A stretch of 63,336 nucleotides of DNA, the filler included, from Reclinomonas americana ATCC 50394 (lineage: Eukaryota): assembly GCA_048213135.1 (NCBI GenBank). It is 3 parts of 3 records of this genome, joined end to end, with 100 filler letters (N's around TTAATTAATTAA, not from the genome) between each part and the next. Parts side by side here need not be neighbours in the genome. Positions count along the whole stretch, not along the records: positions 30,108 to 57,392 come from PS015144.1; 2 more parts are not named here. One strand, written 5' to 3'. A program made the translations under genes and the position numbers. A model generated the notes under the pieces. That model had not been told where the DNA came from. It saw only the letters and a program-made list of their open reading frames with translations, and did not search any database. Below are positions 46,606-57,492 of this stretch, piece after piece. Within the stretch, counting starts at the first letter, position 1, and each line of letters begins with the position of its first letter.

Positions 46606-49600
46606 TCAATCATCCAGCTGCATTTGCCGACTGGCAGCGCTCAACCGCTGCAGCACATACTCGTGGACGCCCTTCGCTTGGTACACAAGGCAGCGACTGA
46701 AACGAGACACGAAAGGACCCAGAAGCCGCTCGACGTACCCCGACGACCGATCCCCGGCCACAGTCGGCGCGCTTCGACTGCCGCGACGGCCCGTGTCATC
46801 GGCATCCCCGGCAGTCGGCGCGCTTCGACTGCCGCGACGGCCCGTGTCATCGGCATCCCCGGCAGCCGCCGTCTCCGCAGCAATAGCGGCGGCCGCAGAG
46901 GCGCGACGGGCACTTACTGGCGCACCACCTCGGTCGCTGTCAGCGTCAACTCGCCACACGCGGACGCAGCTGTCATCGCAACAGCTGACGATCCGCGTAC
47001 CTTCCGCACACACGGCCACTCCCGTCACTCGGCCGTCGTGCCCGACGAGCTGACCGCGTGGCACGAGCTCCACCACGCCATCGAAGTGCTGCTCGTCGGC
47101 GTCGATATCCTGCCACATGCGTACAGCACGGTCGTTGCCGCCGGTGACAATGCAGCGTGTGCCGTCGGCCAAAGTCGCAAATTCCACGCATCGAATGGCT
47201 TCACGATGCACATGATGCGCCAGCCACCGTCGGCGTATCGTCGCTCCCTCTGCGCCAGCCAATGTCCACTCGGACAAGTCGCCATTCGAGTGGCCACACA
47301 GCAGACGCTCCTCATCGTCTCGAGAGAGCACCAAACTCAGCACGCGATCTTCCACTTGCTGCGCCGACACTTGCTCCCTGCGCGCCAACGACCACACTCT
47401 CAACATCAAGTCGTCACCGCTGCTGATTGCCAAGTCGCCACGTTGCGACACACACAGTGCGCGCACCGGTGTGTTACGCCTTCGCGTTACGCCGCCCTCC
47501 TGGACTTGGATGCAGTGGTCTCCGAGCGCTGCAAGCTCAATAGTACCTGCCGCGTCGATGGTGACATCAATACCGCGGCGAACCCGGCCGTCTGGAATCT
47601 CGCCAACAGATAGTTTGCCGTCCAGGCTGCCGCACACCACCAGTCGTCGTCCATCTGCGGCTTGGACGGCATGCGCACAAATGACAGCGTCAGTGGGACC
47701 GACAAAGCGGCAGCGCTCAGTACCGTCCTCCACCAACCACACTCGCACTGTCCGATCACTGCTGCCGGAGACCACGAGTGCACCGTCGAAAGCGAAAGAC
47801 AACGAGTTGATTTCGCCCGTGTGACCGGTCAACTGACGGAGCAGGTCACCGTCATGTAGTGTCCAAATGGCCACCGTATTGCTGTTGACGACACCGGCCA
47901 CATGCTGCAACGGTCCTTCGCCAGACATCGTCAGCGCGACGGGTACGGCATTGGTGTCCAGACGACGGCGACGGCGGCGAAGGTGTTCTGCTGTCGACCA
48001 CCGGCGCACACTGTTATCTGTACTGCCGCCACTCACAATGAACTCGCCATCGTCGGTGGTGGTCAGTGAGGTGACTGGTCCTTGGTGCCCGTCAAGAGTA
48101 CACAGCAAATCCCAGTTCTCGGTCCACACGCGAATCTTGTTGTCGACGCAACCGCCACTGAGGAGGAGGCCACCATCTCGAGTATAGGTCAGTGCCCGCA
48201 CCGGACCTTGCGCGTCGTCGAAGCTGGATACCACGCCTCTTGCTGCCAGGCTGATGCGCAGTATCTCACCGTTCTGGAATCCGACGGCAAATACATCTGG
48301 ATCTGGTCCCGGCGACAGGGCGATGCAATGCGCCGAACTTCGACGCTCGACAGGCGGCGGCAAGCAGAGCACTTCCATGCCATCGCTGACTTGCCACACG
48401 CGAACATAGCCGTTCTCGTAACCCGCGGCAACATACCGACCCCTCGGCCACATGGCCACACACAGTACCCAACCAGCGGAGTGCGGATCCTGTGATCTAC
48501 GCATCTCTCTCGATTCGCACGGCAGCTTGTCAAGCGCCCAGATTCGCACCGACCCGTCGTCGCTGCCACTCACGAGAGTTGTGTCGTTCGCCGATAGCGC
48601 GATGCATCGCACTGCGCCTGTATGTCCCCTCAACGAGAACCATTCAGCGTGCGTTCCGATTGCTGCAGAGGTGCCACCTCGTTCGGATGTCGTGCATCGA
48701 TAGCCACGGATCGTCTTATCTTCGCAACCGACAATTACTCGCTGACTGTCGCCACTGATGGCGATGGCATGAACGGCTCCTCCACCGGAAATAACGTGAA
48801 GCACAGCAGCATCCGCGGCCAGCCACAGTCGGGCGGTGTGATCAAAGCCACCCGCCGCGACAATCCGACCATCGAAAGACGCGGCAACTGATGTCACTCC
48901 TCGCAGGTGACCCTCGATCGGCATCGGCTGCAACTGTGCTCCACTGAAGTCACAGTAGTTCAGGTCGCTCTCGTCAATGTACGCATGGCCAATGTTGACG
49001 CGCGCAAGGTCGCCCCGCTGCAGCCGAGTGCGATGCATGACGACATGACTGAGATCGGCGCCACGGAGCCGCACTTCTTCCAGATTGCGCGCGCTGAATG
49101 AAACGCCGGCCGCACACAAAACGCCAGCAGCGCTGGCCGCCGCGCAGACTATCGGTTCGGCATCACTCAACCTGGAGAGCTCGACAATCCGCCACACTTT
49201 CTCCTGCACGGACACATCGCGACGAATGCGATCGGCGATGAACATGACTATGGAGTCGAGAGACTGTCCAGTACACATGTGAGCGACCGCATAAAACAAA
49301 GGAACATTGATGCGTGCGGCAAGCAGCTGTTCACCTCGTCAGAGCGCGTCAGCAACTTCCCACTGAGGATGCGTCTCGGCGACATGTACCGAATTACACG
49401 GTCCAGTTTTGTCGACTGGGACATCATGTCGACCACCGCGTCAACCTCCTGGAGCCACATGTCGGCAGCAAAGTACTCCAGAAAGCTCTTGTGTGTGAAT
49501 TCGACCACGCACGAGTCTCGAGTGTACCGAGACACCCACTTGAGGAGCGCCTAATATGTTTGTTTGTCAGCAGGTGCACATAGAGACGTATGCTGCAATC

Positions 49601-52000
49601 GAGAAGGTCTCACCGCGCGGATGACAACGTCATTGCGAGCATCCCTTACCGCGAACCGATCTCTCCACACCGCGTAATCTTTCCCAGCCATACCGTGCTC
49701 CACCGACTACACATGCATGCATACGAAAAGGCATAAGAGAGCAGGCGGCACATGGAAACAACATTGCGACGCAACGTATGGTTCCACTGTCGTGACACCG
49801 CGACACACGAGCTCACCAGCGAGCGTACGGCAAAATTCGCGAACTCGCATGTCAAATTCCCCAGCACCGCCTTTGGCAAATTGCTGCAAACAAGAGACAT
49901 GAGCCGCAGAAGAGATGACACAATACGACTATTGCAGGCACTCACCGCTGCAATGTCCGTCTCAAAGTGCTCGACTTCGTGAATAATACGCCGATCCATG
50001 AAGACACGATACAGATCGGCGCGAGTGACTCTTCGCCGCCAGTCCTCACGCGCCAGATCATCGCTGACGCGCACAATCATTTGAAGCATGATAGGCTGCG
50101 GACCGGCAGTAATCGAGTGATTATGAAGGCAGTAACAGAGCCACCACCAATTAAGGGATTTCCATACCGATTTCGCCAGATCAGCCAAGCCGGGAATGCG
50201 ATTGATCTGCTGCTGACGACGATCGTGCATCAGCCGGTCTTCGTGGTGCTGCTCGCAATACCTGGTCCAATACGACTACTATTGGCCACCACTTCCTTTC
50301 AACAAGAAGTCGACAGCACAGCAACAACGCAACTCGAGCAAAAACCGCCCCACGTCTGTAAAAGAGAATGGCCGAAGAGCACAAGTGAGCAGTGTCATTT
50401 CTCGGGCCGCGGCGTCAATCTCTGTTGCTCGAGTCAACGCCACATCCAAAGGATCAAACCGGCTTGTCCACTGCCGACCAAGACGATTGATGAATTCACG
50501 GCGGACAGAGACGATGAGCCGCAAATTTGGGAAGTTCTGGATCGCACCGCACAGATGAGTAAGAATGCTGCGCCGGCAGGTCAGAATGTCGGCGTCGCTC
50601 TGTACGCACCGCCAAATTGTGGAAACGATAAAGGTTGTCCGGCACCGGGCACTCGTCAAAGCCGTCCAGAATCAGCACAATCTTCTGACACTCGGACAAC
50701 TGCGCTCGGACACAGCCGTGAGCAAAAACAAAAGGATTCTCGCTCACTTGCATAGAGATGCGCAAGCACGCACATCTTCGCACTCGAGCCTCAGTCGCCG
50801 ATCCACATCGCGAGTCGCGCACTCCAGCATATGCGGCACCAAGCGACCTCGTGTGTGAAGCACATCTTGCGGAAGGACACACAGTCGCTCTCGCAGGACC
50901 AACATGTTGGTGTTCTTTTCCGGATCGGCAAAGCGCTTGTACATCTTGCTCAAGAGCGTGGATTTGCCAGCACCCGACCAGCCCACCACCACAGCCACCT
51001 GTGTGTCGAAATGCTCATCATGAGTAACACCACACACAAGAACGCATTTGAACTTTGCGGAGTACGCACGCGATCAGTTGGCCGCTGACCACTGTCTTCG
51101 ACAAATCGCGAGAGGAGCTCGTCGGCAAGTGTGTTGCGGCCGTCGAGATCGTCAGACTCGTGAACTGAGTCGTTGGCGAATACGTCGATCTGCGGCACAC
51201 ACGACGATACAAGCATCATGGTTCAGCACAAACGCGCAGCATGCCTCCGCGCACACACCGATACGTGTACACCGAACCAGTGTTTCCTGCTCTTGCTGCA
51301 TTCTGGCCACTTCCTGTTCGGCATTCACGAGAAGGCGGACTTGCACTGCGCGAATGGCAGCAAGTTTCTCTGCCAAAGACACCACCGAGGCCACAAGCCA
51401 CACATTGCCGGCAGCCTGCACAGCATGACCACGGCAGGTGAGAAGAAGATGCTTGCCCAATGCTGCTGCACAACGTGCGCGTGTCACGCACCAACAGGTC
51501 TTGAATCTCAAACAGCTGCTCCGGCTTCATGTCAGCATCAAAGCCGTCCACGATCAGCACAATGCATCGAGTGAAGCGCGCATTTCCCCGCACTCCCGCC
51601 AGAGTTGGACACAGTTCTTGCTTGAGCAGCTTCCGCCCTCGCGGCAACAGACTGTTGATGCAATCTAACATGTACAACAGCAGTTGGTGTCGCTCTCCGA
51701 GGTTTCTGATGTGTGACAGTCGCTCTCGAAAGACAATTGTGTCAACGCTCTCGAATGGCGGCTTCCATCCTTGGCGTCGTAGTTCCTTGAAGTTGCCAGT
51801 GGACTGCGCAAATTCATAGCTTTCCGTCACAAGCTTGAAGTACAAGTGGTCCAGCAAGAGAGATTCGCCACCATCAGGCCAGGGCTCGGACACAATCAGC
51901 TGTGGCGCACACACACAGCCATGCAACAATGAGTGATATGCACGGACAAACATTCACGCACACACACACACACACAAACACAGACACAAACACACCTCCA

Positions 52001-52040
<40 letters not shown>

Positions 52041-52281
52041 CTCTACGTACGTCCGTACCGTACGTTACCTACGGTACGGTACGGTACGGTACGGTACGTA
52101 CGTACGTACGGTTACCGTNNNNNNNNNNNNNNNNNNNNTACTACGTCTTCGGTCCGGTACCGTACGTACGACCAACACACGACCACACGTACAACAACTA
52201 ACGTAGTAGTAGTATACGACGACGAACAACACTACTACCACACACACACACACACAACACACACACAACAACACCACCACA

Positions 52282-52325
<44 letters not shown>

Positions 52326-52706
52326 CACACACACACACACACACAAGCACTCTCCCGCTCTCTCTCTCTCTCTCACACACAAACACACCCTGTCGGTTAT
52401 CGTTGCGTCGGCAGCAGGGACCGTGCTGGCTTGTACCAGGCGAGCGCGAAGAGCATCTACTGCGGCAGCAAGAGGAGTGCCCGGATCCTACACGAGAAAA
52501 AAAGAAGTGAGTCACTAAATGCATGCAATTTCACGAGGCTGGAATGCCAGGACGACAGACGACAGACGTACCAGGGGTTGTCGCTGCTCTGGCGTTAGAA
52601 GCGTATGTTGCTCTTTGCGCAGTGTGGTAAGCTTCCTGGATAGCGAATTCCCACCACCGCAAAGGCGTACGTGTGTTCGAAAGTGTGAGCGAGTTGACAT
52701 GCACAT
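46606..52706 (-). CDS. NLR-like STAND protein: RLCGG|G leader, helical N-domain, NACHT NTPase, pentapeptide repeats, ~12-14 WD40 repeats
   Basis: Walker A VVVGWSGAGKST, Walker B IVLILDGFDE, LIVSVRREF, LRPFS, LAKSPIMLQM, TRADLYRVF, FTHKSFLEYFAA, AASAAGVLCAAGVSFSARNLEEVRLRGADLS, and GH...D..VR.W repeats in a 2.7-kb exon. Start provisional. Confidence 0.88.
46761..46862. repeat. Perfect 51-bp tandem duplication encoding AGDADDTGRRGSRSAPT x2
   Basis: Identical copies at 46761-46811 and 46812-46862. Confidence 0.95.
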
Positions 52707-52936
52707 CTCCCTTTTCGGCTGCTGCGCGTGTTGCAGCGCGTAAGTGGCAGGCACAGAGTGCACAAGAAAATCTAGAAACAGCACCTTAAAGAAATGTGCA
52801 CTGTAGGTGCGCTCACGACGATGCAACAAAAAAGTGGTGAGCGGACAAGATCGAATTCGGTTCCGCACTGTCGTGTTTGTCGCGTCTGACAACGGCGTGT
52901 ACCCTTCACTAATGTCAGGCTCGTTGCAGAGGGCCC

Positions 52937-54467
52937 TCAGTCCAAAACAATGTCCCGAGAGTCAGGCGCGGCGACGCCAATCACGCGAAGAAGAGTTCCC
53001 GACGCCACACACCACACGCGGATCGTCGAGTCGTCACCAGCGGAGACCAGTCGCTGTTGCCCAGCGCTGTCTTCGACAAAAGCAAGACCGCAGAGGGTCG
53101 CCGCATGACCGCGGACAGCTGTTGATGCTCCACTCTCCACATCGATGAGGCGGACAACGCCGAAGCCGGCGGCAACGGCAAGCACCGCTCGTCCTTCCGC
53201 GGACGAAAAGGTGGCAGCCAGCGACGTGACCCCGATCCCGGCACACGCGTTCAGATCCACAAGTGGCCCAACTTGCCGTAAAAGTGCACCGCCCTCACGA
53301 CTCCAAACACACACCATACCGTCGTGGCCTCCGCTAATGACAAGGGTCGAGTCCGGGGAAAAGGCCACGGCACTGACTGGTAATGAGTGACAGCTGTGTT
53401 CAGCCTCCAGCGAGACGCTGGTACCAGTAGAGTTACTCGCGAGGGACCACACCATCACACGCTTGTCGGCGCCTCCACTGACAACAGCAAAACCATCAAC
53501 TGAAATGGCAACGGCTGTCACGGGAAGCATGTGGCTGCCGAGTACTTGAGACTCGGCGGTACGTGAGGTGACGTTCCACAATCGAACCGTGCAGTCGTCG
53601 GAACCGCTTACAAGCCGGCTCCCGTCAGCAGTAAATGCCAACGCACGCACAGAGCGGTCGTGACCAACAAGAACACACTTTTCATCCACCACCGGATAGA
53701 CATGCAACTCGATCCGCGAATCTCGAGCCACAGCAAGAAAAGTGTGGGATGACGTCGACACACAGCAGGCGATGGCATGCGCAAGTGGGAAAGGCGAACA
53801 ACGGTCGATGGGCAACAAGTACCGTCGAATGCGCCCATCCGCCAGCGACCACAAGCACACACCGTTTTGAGAATCGGTGCTGCAGACGAGATCGGCGGCT
53901 CCATCGTCAAGATTTTACCGAGTCTTGGCTGCGATCTGCGCATGCCCGGCGTCCTTCGTGCAGAACTCGGGAAGTCGCTGTTGCAGGCGGCTGGCAAGGG
54001 CTTCAGTGGCAATTTCCATGGCCACAAGAAGCCGCTGATAATGCAGTCGCCTGCGAAACACGACATTTTCAGCATCAAGCGCAGAAGTGATACACCGGCA
54101 CATGTGCGCGTACGTACCCTCCTCCATGCAAGTCCAACAAGTCCACCGTCAACACCAACTCATCCGGGCCCACAGGAACCAACTGCATCTGCTTGAGAGT
54201 CTGATCCCTTGCAGTGGCAAACACAAAGGCTTGCTTCTCGCTTTGCACTCGCATCCGGTCAGGAGCAATAGGCAACAACAGCTCAGCCTCGAGCAAGTGC
54301 GCTGCCTTCTCCAGCAACTCGCTGACCAGCATTTCTCGCGTGGCATTCTCCACTGTCACGCTGACACCCTCGTCAGAGTCCTCCAGTTCGAACCGAATAG
54401 GAAACTGGCGCGAGAAGTGAGAAACACGTGCACACACACAAAGGCGGACACCACACGCACGCACCAT
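52937..54467 (-). CDS. Ubiquitin-like domain (ending LDLHGG) fused to WD40 repeats; may be the 5' part of the NACHT gene
   Basis: M|FPIRFELE..VSVTVE..LVSELLEKAAHLL..IAPDRMRV..DQTLKQMQL..LVLTVDLLDLHGG parallels ubiquitin (IPPDQQRL, RTLSDYNI, LHLVLRLRGG). Followed by GHDRSVRALAF..SGSDDCTVRLWNV and similar repeats. Confidence 0.75.
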
Positions 54468-54645
54468 GTTCCTCTTGTCAGGGTTGTTGTCGTGATCTAT
54501 CGTTGTGCGATGGGACAGGACCTTGACAGGACCTTGTTGCTCACGCGCTGTGAGCTCCTTCCTCTCCCTCCTCTCTCTCTCTCTCTTTCTCCCTCCCTCT
54601 CTCTTTCTCCCTCTCTCTCCCTCTCTCTGTGGATCCACCAAAAGA

Positions 54646-55329
54646 ATGACGACAATGCGCGGGCAGTCGTGGATTGTCGCTCTGCTGCTGGTGCTTGTGC
54701 TGCTGCTGTCACTCGCACAACTGCAGGGATGCACAGGTGGCGCAGTGTCATCGGTGCGTGAGCTTGTGAAGAACGAAAAAAGTGAGAGTGTGCGGAGGAG
54801 GGCGGCAATTGCGGTTTGCGCGCACGTACACCCCGCCCTGCTGTCTCCTCTCTCTCTCTCTGTGCGTGAACACCATCACCTCGGGGAGTCTCTTTGTCTC
54901 TCTCTGTGTATGTGCATGGCGGCAGTTGTCTGACACTCTTCTGTGCGCACTCGCACACGTGTACTCGTCTCTCTCAGTCCGACGACAACAATGACGACGA
55001 CAACAGCAGTCACCACGCACACCACAGCGACAACAATGACAATGCTCACAGTCATCATCATCATCACCATCACCAGCATCATCATCAGTCATCGGTTTGC
55101 CTTCTCTACGTACACGTGTATATATGACTTGTCCTCAGTTGGGTGGGTCTGTCTCTCTCCAGCAGCAGCAGCAGCGAGTGGCCACGCAGTCGGACTCGTA
55201 CTATGTGGTGGACTATGAAGATGTTGCGCTGTGCAGTGACTTGTCGGAAAAATGCGATATGGCTCTCATCACTCTCTCCTCTCCGTCTCCCTCTCCCTCT
55301 CTCTCCATCCCTCTCCCTCCTCCTCCTCT

Positions 55330-55361
<32 letters not shown>

Positions 55362-55516
55362 GTCTTCTTCTACTTCTTCGTCTTCTTCTACTTCATCTTC
55401 TTCTTCTTCTTCTTCTTCTTCTTGTTGTTGTTGTTGTTGTTGTTGTTGTTCTTNNNNNNNNNNNNNNNNNNNNNNNNNNNNNNNNNNNNNNNNNNNNNNN
55501 NNNNNNNNNNNNNNNN

Positions 55517-55548
<32 letters not shown>

Positions 55549-57392
55549 GGCGGATGTGCTGATGTCTTCCAGATTGAGGATTGCGCGCAATAGTTTGTGT
55601 TGAAGAGGGCGAGAGTGAGAGAGAGGCGGCACGACAGAGACTGGAAGTGAACGAGAGTGAGAGACAAAGGGAGACAGGGAGATCTGGAGCATGGATGTGT
55701 GTATAGAAGAGAGGGACAGAGAGAGAGAGAGAGAGAGAGGAAGAGAGAGCGTTGCGTGAGGGAGAGAAGAGGATGGTGTGCTGATGTCTTCTTGATTGGG
55801 AATACGATATTTGTGCGTTTGGAAGAGTGCAAGTGAGAGTGAGAGAGAGAAAGGGAGAGAGACATGGGGAGTTCTGATGGTGTGCGGGGTTGAGAAGTGT
55901 TTGCAAGTATCTGTGCGTTGAGGAATCAGAGTGTGTGAGAGCGATGGAAGATAAGGAGAGCGTGTGTTGATTGTGTTCGGGGGACAGGGGAAAGAGAGAA
56001 ATGTTTGTTTGAACGTTGATGTGAGAGAAGAGCAGAATCCGAGAGATGGGAGTGCAACCTCCATTTCTCTCACACCAGCTGGATATATCTCTCTGTCTCT
56101 CTCTCTCTCTCACACACACACTCTAAACACGCATGTATATGATCGTGCACGCACGACCTCCTTTCTCTACTGATGTGTGGTGTGGGCGATGTGGTTAGCA
56201 ATGGAGGCCTGGGGGAAGAAAGAAACACCGAGAAAAAGCATGCTTCGAACACTCATTATCTCTCTCTTTCTTTCTCACTTCTAAACACGCACATAATCGA
56301 TCATGCACACGCAACCTCCACGTCTCTCCCACACACATGCTGACTGCAAGAGAGAAGGAAGGCAGCATTCTCTCTCTCTCGCCCTCTCTAAACACGCTCA
56401 AATTTGACCATCCACATCTCTCCCACACATGCTTTGCACATACTCACCCTTCCCCCTTTCTCCCTTNNNNNNNNNNNNNNNNNNNNNNNNNNNNNNNNNN
56501 NNNNNNNNNNNNNNNNNNNNNNNNNNNNNNNNNNNNNNNNNNNNNNNNNNNNNNNNNNNNNNNNNNNNNNNNNNNNNNNNNNNNNNNNNNNNNNNNNNNN
56601 NNNNNNNNNNNNNNNNNNNNNNNNNNNNNNNNNNNNNNNNNNNNNNNNNNNNNNNNNNNNNNNNNNNNNNNNNNNNNNNNNNNNNNNNNNNNNNNNNNNN
56701 NNNNNNNNNNNNNNNNNNNNNNNNNNNNNNNNNNNNNNNNNNNNNNNNNNNNNNNNNNNNNNNNNNNNNNNNNNNNNNNNNNNNNNNNNNNNNNNNNNNN
56801 NNNNNNNNNNNNNNNNNNNNNNNNNNNNNNNNNNNNNNNNNNNNNNNNNNNNNNNNNNNNNNNNNNNNNNNNNNNNNNNNNNNNNNNNNNNNNNNNNNNN
56901 NNNNNNNNNNNNNNNNNNNNNNNNNNNNNNNNNNNNNNNNNNNNNNNNNNNNNNNNCCCCCCTTTCTCCCCCCTTCCCTCTATTCCCCCTTTTCTCCCTT
57001 CCCCCCCTTCTCCTCACCACAGTGGACGGCGCCGCCAAGGTCAAGCGCGAAGTGCAAATGTACCAGTGGCAAGAAACCATCAAGGAGGCTGGCCGCGGTC
57101 CCGCCGACGCGAGTGGCAAGCAGGCGGTGCGGCGTGAGGTCACCTACGCGCCAGTGTGGTCCGAGAGTTGAGTGTGCTGGAATCCTCTCTTTTCGCAGCC
57201 TTCTCATTCGTGCGCGCACACACAGAGCCAATTGCGCACAGCACCTTCCGCATCCCCGACGGACACGTGAACCCGCAGTTCCCCTTCGAGTCCACCGTGA
57301 TGAACGCACCGTCGCTGTCGGTCGGTCAGCGTATTCTGTCGCCCACCCTCACGGCGCAGCTGCGCTGCAGCACACCGGTGCCGGTGTCTGAT
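54646..57392 (+). CDS. TMEM43 (DUF1625)-family membrane protein, partial
   Basis: VKREVQMYQWQE, YAPVWSE.PI.HSTF..PDGHVNPQFPFES...A..LSVG...LS. Signal-peptide-like first exon; its link to the later exons across gaps is inferred. Confidence 0.7.
55320..55452. repeat. (CTT)n/(GTT)n compound microsatellite
   Basis: Seen directly in the sequence; source of the spurious poly-L/F/E ORFs. Confidence 0.9.
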
Positions 57393-57492
57393 NNNNNNNN
57401 NNNNNNNNNNNNNNNNNNNNNNNNNNNNNNNNNNNNTTAATTAATTAANNNNNNNNNNNNNNNNNNNNNNNNNNNNNNNNNNNNNNNNNNNN
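57393..57492. other. Artificial scaffold linker N44-TTAATTAATTAA-N44
   Basis: Same structure as 30008-30107. Confidence 0.95.

Noticed and set aside
52038-52240. TACG/TACGG-rich repeat in the NACHT intron as a CRISPR-like or telomeric array
   Set aside because: It flanks a gap, follows microsatellites, mirrors the TACG flow order of pyrosequencing read ends, and has no spacer structure.
53915-53917. Alternative genetic code (TAA as a sense codon)
   Set aside because: TAA ends other genes (11671, 15411, 4955), no conserved exon elsewhere needs TAA/TAG readthrough, and splicing can explain this case.
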